A DNA stretch of 64,000 bases from Brevibacterium luteolum (GCF_013004595.1 NZ_JABEMC010000001.1:372001-436000), one strand, 5' to 3'. Numbered from the stretch's first letter, positions 32,160 to 42,165 are shown. The notes: generated by a model not told the origin, from the letters alone. Translations and numbers: made by a program.

Positions 32160-32729
32160 ATGAGCGTACGCATCATCCTCATCGGCCCGCCCGGTGCCGG
32201 CAAAGGCACCCAGGCCGCCAAGCTGAGCGAGAAGCTCGGCATCCCGGCGATCTCGACCGGTGACATCTTCCGCGCCAACGTCGCCGGAGAGACCGAACTC
32301 GGCAAGACCGCCAAGCGGTACATGGACGCTGGCGAGTACGTGCCCGACGAGGTCACCAACTCGATGGTCCAGGACCGTCTCGGACAGGATGATGCGCAGG
32401 CCGGCTTCCTGCTCGACGGCTACCCGCGCACCGAGGCGCAGGTCGCCGAACTCGACCGCATCCTCGAGGGCATGGGGGAGAAGCTCGACCACGTCGTCGA
32501 GCTCACCGCCGACACCGACGAGGTCGTCGAGCGTCTGCTCGCCCGCGCCCAGCTGCAGGGCCGCAGTGACGACACCGAAGACGTCATCCGCCATCGCCTC
32601 GATGTCTACGCCGAGCAGACCCAGCCGCTGACTGACATCTACGCTGAGCGCGGCCTGCTGCGCCAGGTCGACGGACTCGGCGAAGTCGACGCCATCACCG
32701 ACCGCATCATCAAGGCCATCGACACCTGA
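32160..32729 (+). CDS. adk: Adenylate kinase (short LID type)
   Basis: GPPGAGKGT, LDGYPRT; AAAGGAAG RBS; TAGAAT -10 box at 32126-32131. Confidence 0.97.
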   Translation: MSVRIILIGPPGAGKGTQAAKLSEKLGIPAISTGDIFRANVAGETELGKTAKRYMDAGEYVPDEVTNSMVQDRLGQDDAQAGFLLDGYPRTEAQVAELDRILEGMGEKLDHVVELTADTDEVVERLLARAQLQGRSDDTEDVIRHRLDVYAEQTQPLTDIYAERGLLRQVDGLGEVDAITDRIIKAIDT

Positions 32730-33601
32730 TGTTCGGACCGCGCCTGGAGCTCAAGACCCCGGCACAGATCAAGACCATGCGCAAGGCTGGTCTCGTCACA
32801 CGGGCGGCCCTGGAGGCCGCCCGTGCGGCGTGTGTGCCCGGTGCCACCACCGCCGATGTCGACGCCGCCGGTGCCCGCGCGATCGCCGAGGCCGGCGCGC
32901 GCTCGAACTTCAAGGGTTATCACGGCTTCCCCGGCACGCTGTGCGTGTCGGTCAATGAGGAGATCGTCCACGGCATCCCCGGCGGCCGGGTGCTCGAAGC
33001 CGGCGACATCGTCTCGATCGATGGGGGCGCGATCGTCGGCGGATTCCACGGCGACTCTGCGATGACGGTCTTCGTCGGCGGCGAAGAGGCTGCCAGTGCC
33101 GAGGACCGGGAGCTCTCCCGGGTCACCGAGGCATCCATGTGGGCAGGCATCGCCGCCTTTGCCACTGCCGCCCGCGTCGGGGAGATCGGTGCCGCGATCG
33201 AGGAGACCGTCGACGATCTCGGCAGCGCAGCCGCCCTGAGCGAATCGCTCGGCACACAGCGCTCGCGTGGCTTCGGTCTCATCATGGAGTACACCGGCCA
33301 CGGCATCGGATCCCAGATGCACATGGAGCCCGAAGTGCTCAACTACGCAGCCAAGCAGCTCGGCCCCAAGATCAAGCCCGGACTCGTGCTGTGCATCGAG
33401 CCGATGCTCACCGCCGGTTCTGCTGCCACCGAGGTGCTGGACGACGACTGGACCGTCGTGACGAAGGACGGCTCGCACGCCTCGCACTGGGAGCACGCCG
33501 TCGCCCGGCACTCGAAGGGCATCTGGGTGCTCACCGCACCCGACGGGGGAGCAGCGGGACTGGCGCCCTACGGCATCACCCCGGTGCCGCTGGAGGACTG
33601 A
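32729..33601 (+). CDS. map: Methionine aminopeptidase type I
   Basis: HGIP, IDGG...HGDSA, GHGIG, IEPM, HWEH. Confidence 0.96.
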   Translation: MFGPRLELKTPAQIKTMRKAGLVTRAALEAARAACVPGATTADVDAAGARAIAEAGARSNFKGYHGFPGTLCVSVNEEIVHGIPGGRVLEAGDIVSIDGGAIVGGFHGDSAMTVFVGGEEAASAEDRELSRVTEASMWAGIAAFATAARVGEIGAAIEETVDDLGSAAALSESLGTQRSRGFGLIMEYTGHGIGSQMHMEPEVLNYAAKQLGPKIKPGLVLCIEPMLTAGSAATEVLDDDWTVVTKDGSHASHWEHAVARHSKGIWVLTAPDGGAAGLAPYGITPVPLED

Positions 33602-33628
33602 GACCGGCGCCGCCGTGAGGCATCACCA

Positions 33629-33665
33629 GCTGGCCGACATGACCGGCTGGCCGACGTGACCGGCT
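33629..33665 (+). repeat. 17-bp tandem duplication
   Basis: GCTGGCCGACATGACCG / GCTGGCCGACGTGACCG / GCT. Confidence 0.7.
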
Positions 33666-33676
33666 AGCTGCACCGC

Positions 33677-33955
33677 TCAGCCGGCTGCGGGACGCCGCGC
33701 AGCAGCCTGCTCGTCTGCAGCCGGTGCTGACTTGTCGACAACTCCGCCGCCGACATAGGTGCCGAGGTACGTGCCGCCGAATGTCAGCAGTCCCAGGCCG
33801 AGCATCCAGAACACCGTCTGCTCGATGCCGTATCCGATGATCATGAAGATCGCGAACGTGATCACCAGCGTGATCGACGTGGCCATGATCGCCATGCTCG
33901 CGGCGTGCTGAGACTTGTACATCGCTGTCTGTGCTTTGGGATTGACCGTCACCAT
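33677..33955 (-). CDS. Small membrane protein (92 aa, two predicted TM helices)
   Basis: MVTVNPKAQ... preceded by AGGAG RBS; C-terminal part of ORF 33677..34423. Confidence 0.7.
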   Translation of the reverse strand: MVTVNPKAQTAMYKSQHAASMAIMATSITLVITFAIFMIIGYGIEQTVFWMLGLGLLTFGGTYLGTYVGGGVVDKSAPAADEQAAARRPAAG

Positions 33956-34051
33956 GCCGATTCTTCTCCTCAAATACCCGAAACATCTGTGATTCCACCG
34001 TAGGGTGAGGGAAAGCTCAGTGGCTAAGACGTCCCGAATCGGAGCAGAACT

Positions 34052-34927
34052 GTGGCGCATGAGCGTTATCGCGTGACCCGAGCAGGATTCGATGTGGTGT
34101 CGGTGTTCGGCAGCCTCAGCGCTGCAGCCGGGCCCGGCACTGTGATCACTGCTGTACTTACAGAGCGCGGCTGGACGGCATCGAACGTCCGCAACCAGGT
34201 CACCCGGCTGCTTGAGCGCGGCGTGCTCACGGCCGAACGGGCCGGCCGCCACGCCGTCTACCGGCTGGCTCCGGCGATCGCCCGTCGATTCAACTCGATC
34301 CGCGGCTGTGCCGAAACACCGGCCTAAGACGGGTACTTCTATGCGATCTTCTACTCGATTCCAGAGACCGAACGCGGACTGCGGGACCGGCTGCTCTACG
34401 CAGCTCGGTACGGGGAGTTCCATCTGCTGCGTCCCGGTGTGCTCATCGGCCTGTCCGACAGCGCGGACTTCGTCCTCGGCACCACTGGTGAGGCGAGCCC
34501 GGACAGCTGGATGATCACCGGGCGGGTGACGCCGGCGGATCTGTCAGAGGCGCGCCGGATGGCGGCGATCGCGTTCGACCTCGCCGATATGTGGAAGCGC
34601 ATCGGAGAGCTGCGCGGAGACGTCGCCAAGGTCGTCGGCGACGAGGCGTGCTCCGGCAACCGCTACTTCGATGTCTTCTACCGCGCATCGAGCGAGTTCA
34701 TGCAGCTGCCCCACCTGCCTGCCGAGCTCGTCGATGGTCCGCGCCCCGAGCAGGAGCTCGGCGCACTCATGAGCCAGCTCCTCGACGTCTTCGGCCGACG
34801 CTACTTAGCCGACTGCCAGAAGGCGGCCCAGCAGGCGTCGGGCGCTGACCTCATCGAATACGTGCCGTGGGGTGAGCCGATCAGCGCGGCTGACAGGCCT
34901 TCGCAACCCGTTCGACAATCTCGGTGA
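34052..34927 (+). pseudogene. PaaX-family transcriptional regulator interrupted by an in-frame TAA
   Basis: ORFs 34052..34327 and 34439..34927 are in the same frame; reading through TAA (34325-34327) gives PA*DGYFYAIFYSIPETERGLRDRL...LRPGVLI, matching the PaaX central region after a wHTH. Confidence 0.7.
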
Positions 34928-36026
34928 GGATCGCGGCGGTCGTCGCCATGTTCACGCGCACGCAGCCAGCACCCACACGGCCGCACTCCTGGCCGTTGGT
35001 CAGCGCGACCTTCGCGTGCTCGCGCAGGAATGCTGCAGCGTCCTCGCCGATGTCGTAGGCGCGCAGGTCGAGCCACGCGATGTAGGTGCCCTGCGGCACA
35101 AGGTAAGACGCCTTCGGCAGATGCGTGTCCACCAGCTCGGCCATGAGCTTGCGGTTGCCGTCGAGGTAGTCGATGAACCGGCCGAGCCATTCGTCACCGT
35201 CGCGGTAGGCCGCTGTCGTGGCCACCAGTCCCGGGTTCGCTGCGGCACCGGAGACGAAGCGCGCCCGATCCCGGTAGACATCCCGGTCCTCGGGGTTGGT
35301 GAAGAGCACCTGCGCGCATTTGAGCCCGGGGATGTTGAAGGCCTTCGAGCACGAGGTTGCGGTGATCGTGTGCCGGCCCGCCGCCTCGGACACGGTGGCG
35401 TAGGGAACGTGCTGCAGGCCGTCGAAGACGAGCGGGGCATGGATCTCATCGGAGAACACGCGCGCGTCGTTCTTCTCGATGAGCTCAGCGATCCGCTCGT
35501 GCTCAGCACGCGTGTAGACCTTGCCGACCGGGTTGTGCGGATTGCAGTGCAGGAACACGGCACCGGGTTCGAGAGCGGCGTCGAGGGCGTCGAAGTCGAT
35601 CTCCCAGGCGTCGGCCGTGCGGATGAGCGGCACCTCGCGCACCAGGCGGCCGCGCGTGGCCGGGGCGATGAAGAACGGCATGTATGCCGGCGTCAGCAGG
35701 ACGACCGGGGCCTCCGGCGGCGCGAACAGATCGAGGGTGGCCAGGAGTGCCGAGAGGACATCGGGTGCGAAGTCGATGTCGCTGGGGGAGATGTCCCAGC
35801 CGTAGCGGCGGGCGTGGAACTCAGCGGTGGCCTGACGGGCTTCAGCGTGCATCGCCTGGGGAGCGTAGGTGAAGAGCTCCTTGGCGGTCAGCTCCTCGAG
35901 CGCATCGTGCACACAGGGTGCCGTGCCGAAGTCGGCCTCGGCGATGAACGCCCCGAGCGTTCCGGGGAATGTCGTCCACTTGACCGATCCGCGGTCGACG
36001 AGCTCCGCGGGCGTGTATTCCTTCAC
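34881..36026 (-). CDS. PLP-dependent MalY/PatB family C-S lyase / aminotransferase
   Basis: RGSVKW, CNPHNPVG, DEIH, SKAFNIPG; GTG at 36026 with GAGAGGA RBS. Confidence 0.9.
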   Translation of the reverse strand: MKEYTPAELVDRGSVKWTTFPGTLGAFIAEADFGTAPCVHDALEELTAKELFTYAPQAMHAEARQATAEFHARRYGWDISPSDIDFAPDVLSALLATLDLFAPPEAPVVLLTPAYMPFFIAPATRGRLVREVPLIRTADAWEIDFDALDAALEPGAVFLHCNPHNPVGKVYTRAEHERIAELIEKNDARVFSDEIHAPLVFDGLQHVPYATVSEAAGRHTITATSCSKAFNIPGLKCAQVLFTNPEDRDVYRDRARFVSGAAANPGLVATTAAYRDGDEWLGRFIDYLDGNRKLMAELVDTHLPKASYLVPQGTYIAWLDLRAYDIGEDAAAFLREHAKVALTNGQECGRVGAGCVRVNMATTAAILTEIVERVAKACQPR

Positions 36027-36249
36027 CTGATCTGTCCTCTCTTCGGCGTCATTGCCAGCATCCAGCCTAGCGCTGACTGCGCACGTGCCGAAAACGCGGA
36101 CTCCAGCCGTGGAGTCCGTCCCCAGATGCGCGGAAAACACTACTACTTTCGTCATAGATCGAGTCGCTGACCAGCGGCGATGTCCGCACCTCCAAAAAGT
36201 ATGAGAGAAAGGTCACAAATCGCACACTTTTCGCAGTAGGCTCTCGGGT

Positions 36250-39192
36250 ATGACTGATTCAAGACAGACACCGCCGGCGCTGCGCAGAATGCGCACCGCC
36301 GGCGTCGCTACGACTGTGACTCTGGCGATGACCCTTGGATTCGGCACCTCTGTCCTCGCTGCACCGTCGCAGCCGGCGGAGAGCGCGCCCCAGACGGCCC
36401 CCGAATCGACGACGAACCCCACCGACATGGTCGACAAGCTCACCATCGCCTACACCGGCGAGACGACGATGGCCGAGGCAGAGACCCTCGAGATCCCCGT
36501 CACCGTCAAGGGCGACGCCGGCGATGTCCTCACCCTCAGGCTCAAACACGCCCAGAACAACGAAATCGTCGAAGGCACCGACACTGACGTCACGATCGGG
36601 GAAGACGGGACGGCAGAGGAAACCCTCGAAGTCGAGGACCTCGCACCGGGCACCTACGCGATCACCGGCGGCGACGAAAACCTCATGAACTCCGACAAGA
36701 CCTTCACCGTCGAGGAGAAGGAAGGCGCAGAGGCGCCCGAGGCCGGTGACAACCCTGAGTCCAACGACCCGGAGGGCAAGGACCTCACGACCGAGCGCGA
36801 AGACGGCCTCGACAAGTACTACCCCGAGCTGGCCAAGGAGCTGTTCGACGAAGACGGCGACGGCACCTACGAGATCCCCGAGCCGGCCGCCGGTGGAAAG
36901 AGCACCGGAAACGTCCCGAAGGGCCTGGAGAAGCATTACGGCCAGGCGCTCAACCTCTCGGCCGAGAACTGCGAGAAGCTTGGCCACCCCAACTTCGAGC
37001 AGCGGATCGGCCGCGCCCCTGAGTGCGGTTACGTCATCATGCCGATCGACGCCGAGGACCCGAGCGCAGGCAACATCGCCGTCTCGGTCATGAAGGTCAA
37101 GGCCGGCAAGGTCGAGAACGGCACGTTCGTCGAGAACAAGAACCCGCGCGGCACCGTGCTGTGGAATCCGGGCGGCCCGGGCGGCTCCGGCATGACCCTC
37201 TCGGTCGCTGGCGCGCTCTACGAGCCCGACCTGGCAGCCGAATACGACATGCTCGGATTCGACCCGCGCGGCACCGGCACCTCGATGCCGTTCTCGCAGT
37301 GCTCCTCTGACGAGCAGATCGACAAGGACCGCGAGTCCAACCCGCACGGCAAGGACACCCGCGAGGAAGTCGAAGGCGCACTCAAGGAGCAGACCGAGCG
37401 TTTCGCCAATGACTGCTTCGAGAACACCGGCAAGGCCTTCGACCTCGGTGAGGGCGGGCAGAAGAAGCTCATGCAGCACCTGGGCACCTGGGACGCTGTG
37501 GGTGACATGGACCTCATGCGCTCGGCATTCGGCGATGAGAAGCTCAACTTCATCGGCTTCTCCTACGGCACCCGCCTCGGCTACGTCTACTCGCAGAAGT
37601 TCCAGCCCAACGTCGGGCGCCTCGTCCTCGACGGCGTCGTCGACCCCGGCAAGGTCGATGAACTTGCTGCGATGAAGGCGATCAACGCCGCCTCCGATAA
37701 GTTCATGCAGAATGGCGGCGACGACCCGGCTGATGACGAAGACAAGACCATCAACCAGGGTGCTGGCTTCCAGAACACCTTCGAGCAGTTCGCCAAGGAC
37801 TGCACCGCCAAGGGCGCGCAGAAGAAGACCTGGGGCGAACTGTGGCCGGATGTCTTCGGTGACAGCCCGATCGCTGACGAGACCTTCAGCTGTGCACTCG
37901 GTGATGGAGTCGAGGACGTCGATCAGCTCACCGATGCGAACGCCAAGCTGCTGCAGACGCTTGAGTCCAAGCCGCTGCCGACCGGCCAGCCGAACGACGA
38001 CCGGATGGTCTCCTTCGCTGACGGCCGCACCGGTGTCTTCCAGGCGCTGTACTCCGAGACGCTGTGGCCGCAGCTGGCCTACGGCCTTGCCGAGCTCAAG
38101 CAGGGTGAGACCGCCGGCATGCTCATGCAGCTGGCCGACAGCTACAACGACCGCGACGAGAACGGCCACTACGCGCCGATGCTCCAGGCGTTCACCAACA
38201 TCCGCTGCACGGACGCCAACAGCTACGGTGACATGCCCGACATCGAGAAGGCACGTGACTTCGCCGAGCGCTACGACAAGGCCGCTCCGTTCCAGCGTTC
38301 GTCGAAGACCCCGGGTGAGTACGACTACTGCGACTTCTGGCAGTTCAAGGGCACCCTGCCCGCGCCGGAGAAGCTGACGAAGGTGCCGAACATCCTCGTC
38401 GTCTCGACGACGCATGACTCGGCCACCCCGTACCCGGCAGGGGTCAAGCTCGCCCGCGTCATCGACGGCACCCTGCTGTCGGCCTCGGGAGCTTCGCACA
38501 CCTCGTACATGAAGCGCGACCCGAACATGACCTGTGTCGACGACACCGTCAACGACTTCCTTATCAACGGTGACGTACCTGAGGACGGCGACTACGGCAA
38601 GAAGCTCGACAAGCCCGACACCGTCAAGGATGATCGCGGCAACGACGTGACGCTCACGACCCAGTGCAAGGTCGAGACGTTCCGCTCGTCTGGCTTCTCG
38701 ATCTCGACTGACAAGGCACACGCTGGTGAGAAGCTGCTCTACACCGCTGAGCACCAGGACGATGTCGATGACTACTCCGTCGCCTTCGACGGCAAGAAGG
38801 TCGCTGAGGGCACGATGGACAACGGCGGCAACGCCGCCGGTCAGTTCACCGTCCCGGAGGACGCCAAGCCCGGCAAGTACGAGGTCACCCTCGTCAACGC
38901 CGCCGGCGATGTCGTCGCCACCGACTTCCTCGAGGTCATGAGCGATGACAAGCCCAAGGGCGATGACGACGATGACTCCAACGGCGGTGGCGACACCGAC
39001 AAGGACGACAAGGGATCGGACGACGACGGCAAGGGCAAGAAGGACGACGGCCGCGACAAGAATGCCGACAAGGACGGCAAGCTTCCGCGCACCGGTGCTG
39101 AGATCATGCCGTACCTGCTCCTCATCCTCGCCCTCATCGGCGGCGGTTCCGCAGCACTGTACAAGTCGCGCCGAGTCTCCTCGGACAGCTGA
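36250..39192 (+). CDS. Secreted, sortase-anchored alpha/beta hydrolase (tripeptidyl-aminopeptidase-like, S33)
   Basis: Signal peptide, NPGGPG, GFDPRG, GFSYG nucleophile motif, D/K-rich linker, LPRTG + TM + basic tail. Confidence 0.85.
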   Translation: MTDSRQTPPALRRMRTAGVATTVTLAMTLGFGTSVLAAPSQPAESAPQTAPESTTNPTDMVDKLTIAYTGETTMAEAETLEIPVTVKGDAGDVLTLRLKHAQNNEIVEGTDTDVTIGEDGTAEETLEVEDLAPGTYAITGGDENLMNSDKTFTVEEKEGAEAPEAGDNPESNDPEGKDLTTEREDGLDKYYPELAKELFDEDGDGTYEIPEPAAGGKSTGNVPKGLEKHYGQALNLSAENCEKLGHPNFEQRIGRAPECGYVIMPIDAEDPSAGNIAVSVMKVKAGKVENGTFVENKNPRGTVLWNPGGPGGSGMTLSVAGALYEPDLAAEYDMLGFDPRGTGTSMPFSQCSSDEQIDKDRESNPHGKDTREEVEGALKEQTERFANDCFENTGKAFDLGEGGQKKLMQHLGTWDAVGDMDLMRSAFGDEKLNFIGFSYGTRLGYVYSQKFQPNVGRLVLDGVVDPGKVDELAAMKAINAASDKFMQNGGDDPADDEDKTINQGAGFQNTFEQFAKDCTAKGAQKKTWGELWPDVFGDSPIADETFSCALGDGVEDVDQLTDANAKLLQTLESKPLPTGQPNDDRMVSFADGRTGVFQALYSETLWPQLAYGLAELKQGETAGMLMQLADSYNDRDENGHYAPMLQAFTNIRCTDANSYGDMPDIEKARDFAERYDKAAPFQRSSKTPGEYDYCDFWQFKGTLPAPEKLTKVPNILVVSTTHDSATPYPAGVKLARVIDGTLLSASGASHTSYMKRDPNMTCVDDTVNDFLINGDVPEDGDYGKKLDKPDTVKDDRGNDVTLTTQCKVETFRSSGFSISTDKAHAGEKLLYTAEHQDDVDDYSVAFDGKKVAEGTMDNGGNAAGQFTVPEDAKPGKYEVTLVNAAGDVVATDFLEVMSDDKPKGDDDDDSNGGGDTDKDDKGSDDDGKGKKDDGRDKNADKDGKLPRTGAEIMPYLLLILALIGGGSAALYKSRRVSSDS

Positions 39193-39235
39193 GTGACCAG
39201 CTGACACCTGAACCGCACAGTTCACAGTGAGCGAT

Positions 39236-39271
39236 CCACAGGGGCGGTCTCTTCGGAGGCCGCCCCTGTGG
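39236..39271. terminator. Terminator between convergent genes
   Basis: CCACAGGGGCGGTCTC-TTCG-GAGGCCGCCCCTGTGG with cUUCGg tetraloop. Confidence 0.75.
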
Positions 39272-39326
39272 CGTGTCTGGAATCGGCCGGGCGCGTGAGC
39301 CCCGCAGCAGGGGAACAGCGCCGTTG

Positions 39327-40340
39327 TCAGGCGTCGGTGAGTATCGGCCCAACGTTGACCGACAGGAAGATCCGCCGGAACTGCGCCTCCGACAGGTACA
39401 GGTCGGTGCGCCGCGGATGGCGTGAGCCCGGTCGCGGGTCGGCGCCGCCGAGCGGATTGCGCAGATGGATGCGCAGCGGGCCTGCACCGTCCGGCAGCTG
39501 CCGGCCGTCCTCATCGACCCGAGCTATGCCGCAGACAACGTAGACGTGCCCGTTCATGACAGCGATCTGCCGGGCGGGATCATCCTCACGTGGGATGAGC
39601 CTGGCCGGCTTCCAGCGCAGCAGCGTCGAGGCCACCACCGGCCGGCCGGCATCCAGCCAGGACCGTACGGTGGCCAGCCGGGGCACCGGGCGGGCCGGGG
39701 TGACCTGGCCGGTGAGCAGATAGAAGGCGTTGCCGGCGAACCCGTGCTCGATCCCGGTGTAGCTGCCGCGCCCGAAGGTGACAGCGGCGGCCTTCTCGAC
39801 AAGGCTGGCGAGATTCGCCCGTCCCCGGGAGTCCCCGGTGCGGTGTCGGGCGGGCACGAACGGGGAGATCGTCACCGCCCGTGCTCGTAGCCCGGTGTGC
39901 AGTCGCACCTGGATGAGCCCATTGGGCAGCGACTCGATGAGTGAGGCGGTGAAACCTGGCTGGGTGTGCTCACAGGCGGCGAGGGCTGCGATGAACCAGC
40001 AGTCGCCCAGCCTGCCCTGCTGCACCTCGACAGGCGTCTCGATCACCGAGCCGGTTTCATCGGTGGGCACCTCGACGCCGACGTCGAGAGCCTGGGAACC
40101 ACGGGCGCGGGGCTCCAAGGCGGGCAGCGCTGCCAGGGCGGCTGCCGCCTCGGGCGCGGATGCGGGGATGAGCGCCTCCACAGCGCGCGCGGCGCGGTGG
40201 TGATAGAACCCGGCCCGGCGCAGCAGGCGGGGGAGAGGTGTGAAGCGGGAATCCGGTTCGCCGGACAGTTCGGCATTGAGCGCGCCGGCATCGGCGGGCG
40301 TGAGGAAGGGCGCAGTCGCAGGCGCAGAAATGAGTGGCAC
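39327..40340 (-). CDS. Calpain-like (C2 family) cysteine protease
   Basis: QQGRLGDCWFIAALAA, LVEKA, GHVYVV, HLRNPLG (Cys-His-Asn); start uncertain, ORF track start 40670 overlaps infA. Confidence 0.75.
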   Translation of the reverse strand: MPLISAPATAPFLTPADAGALNAELSGEPDSRFTPLPRLLRRAGFYHHRAARAVEALIPASAPEAAAALAALPALEPRARGSQALDVGVEVPTDETGSVIETPVEVQQGRLGDCWFIAALAACEHTQPGFTASLIESLPNGLIQVRLHTGLRARAVTISPFVPARHRTGDSRGRANLASLVEKAAAVTFGRGSYTGIEHGFAGNAFYLLTGQVTPARPVPRLATVRSWLDAGRPVVASTLLRWKPARLIPREDDPARQIAVMNGHVYVVCGIARVDEDGRQLPDGAGPLRIHLRNPLGGADPRPGSRHPRRTDLYLSEAQFRRIFLSVNVGPILTDA

Positions 40341-40560
40341 GAACACACGGTTTCGTGTAGAGTAGTGGATTGGTCTGTGACCTCTGGACATGCCAGTTCC
40401 GTCTTTCTCCGGGTAGCTTAGCCCATCCGGTGAGCCGTGCGGAACCGGACACTCCGGGTCAGGACTGCCGGTCGAATCAGGCCCCACCCGGGCAGCCGAA
40501 GCGGGCCTGAGACACGAACGAACGCAGCATGTCTGCGGGAAAATGGGGTTGACGAACGAT

Positions 40561-40782
40561 ATGGCCAAAAAAGAAGGGGTCATTGAGATCGAAGGAACCG
40601 TTGTCGAAGCACTCCCGAACGCCTCGTTCCGGGTGGAGCTGACCAACGGCCACAAGGTTCTGGCGCACATCTCAGGAAAGATGCGCCAGCACTACATCCG
40701 CATTCTCCCCGAGGATCGCGTCGTGGTGGAGCTCTCTCCCTACGACCTGTCCCGCGGTCGCATCGTCTACCGGTACAAGTAA
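40561..40782 (+). CDS. infA: Translation initiation factor IF-1
   Basis: [12 protein letters not shown]...[13 protein letters not shown]. Confidence 0.98.
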   Translation: MAKKEGVIEIEGTVVEALPNASFRVELTNGHKVLAHISGKMRQHYIRILPEDRVVVELSPYDLSRGRIVYRYK

Positions 40783-40860
40783 CAGATCTTTTCGACCGCT
40801 ACTCTGCGTCGCCCCCAGGAAGCCTCCTGGGGTTTTCGCAGTCAGCAAGAAGGACTCACG

Positions 40861-40974
40861 ATGAAGGTTCACCCCAGCGTCAAGAAGGTCTGCGAGAAGT
40901 GCAAGGTGATTCGGCGTCACAGCCGCGTCATGGTGATCTGCGACAACCCGCGCCACAAGCAGCGCCAGGGCTGA
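40861..40974 (+). CDS. rpmJ: 50S ribosomal protein L36 (zinc-binding type)
   Basis: Manual translation [45 protein letters not shown]; below ORF-track size cutoff. Confidence 0.97.
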   Translation: MKVHPSVKKVCEKCKVIRRHSRVMVICDNPRHKQRQG

Positions 40975-41179
40975 TCGCTCACTTAACGCAGACTCCCGTT
41001 CGCTCCTGCTAGATGCAGCTGCGAGCACCACACCCAAGCAGACCTCGCCCCCTGCGGCAGGCCAGGCCCAGCCTGACAGGCAGCAGGACGACACCCCCGG
41101 TTCGGAGGCCGGGGACCCGGGACATCTCGGGACAGGTCTGAGCAAGCACCTTCGAAACGAAAATACGGAGTAAGAACTT

Positions 41180-41548
41180 ATGGCACGTCTTGCCGGAGTC
41201 GACCTCCCGCGTGAGAAGCGCGTGGAAGTCGCCCTGACATACATCTATGGTGTGGGCCGCACTCGTGCGAGCCAGACCCTGACCGAGACCGGGATCAACC
41301 CGCACACCCGCGTCAAGGACCTCAGCGATGATGAGCTCGTGCAGCTGCGCGACTACATCGAGGGAACGTTCAAGGTGGAAGGCGACCTGCGCCGCGAAGT
41401 GGCCGCAGACATCCGCCGCAAGGTTGAGATCGGCTGCTATGAAGGCCTGCGCCACCGCCGCGGCCTGCCGGTGCGCGGTCAGCGCACCAAGACCAACGCT
41501 CGCACCCGCAAGGGCCCGAAGCGCACGGTCGCCGGTAAGAAGAAGTAA
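41180..41548 (+). CDS. rpsM: 30S ribosomal protein S13
   Basis: [10 protein letters not shown]...[14 protein letters not shown]. Confidence 0.99.
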   Translation: MARLAGVDLPREKRVEVALTYIYGVGRTRASQTLTETGINPHTRVKDLSDDELVQLRDYIEGTFKVEGDLRREVAADIRRKVEIGCYEGLRHRRGLPVRGQRTKTNARTRKGPKRTVAGKKK

Positions 41549-41590
41549 TCCCGCTTTCACCGAACACCCTCGATCAGGAGTTTGAGATCT

Positions 41591-41995
41591 ATGCCTCCCA
41601 AGTCACGCGCAGGAGCAGTGCGCAAGCCGCGTCGTCGCGATAAGAAGAACATCGTCAACGGCCAGGCCCACATCAAGTCCACGTTCAACAACACGATCGT
41701 CTCGATCACCGACCCCACAGGAGCTGTGATCTCCTGGGCTTCCGCCGGTGAGGTCGGATTCAAGGGATCGCGCAAGTCGACCCCGTACGCCGCGCAGATG
41801 GCCGCTGAGTCCGCTGCCCGCCGCGCCATGGAGATGGGCCTGAAGAAGGTCGACGTCTTCGTCAAGGGCCCGGGTTCGGGACGCGAGACCGCGATCCGCT
41901 CGCTCCAGGCCGCCGGCCTCGAGCTGGGCACCATCCAGGACGTCACCCCAACGCCGCACAACGGCTGCCGCCCGCCGAAGCGCCGTCGCGGCTGA
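41591..41995 (+). CDS. rpsK: 30S ribosomal protein S11
   Basis: [21 protein letters not shown]. Confidence 0.99.
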   Translation: MPPKSRAGAVRKPRRRDKKNIVNGQAHIKSTFNNTIVSITDPTGAVISWASAGEVGFKGSRKSTPYAAQMAAESAARRAMEMGLKKVDVFVKGPGSGRETAIRSLQAAGLELGTIQDVTPTPHNGCRPPKRRRG

Positions 41996-42165
41996 GCCTC
42001 TCCGGTTCCCCGCTCCCGAGGCGGGCCGCCTGCTGGCAGGTGAGCCCGCCTCGGGCACGGGGGACCGGACGCACTGTCCACCACCCGCAAGCGTTACGAG
42101 TACTGACTTACTCAACTAGTGCATGCGAGCGTCATATAGCGGATGCTCGCTGAAAGGAAGCCCAC

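Noticed and set aside
32160..32729. Adenylate kinase lacking the zinc LID as further zinc loss
   Set aside because: Short-LID Adk is a known common type in actinobacteria
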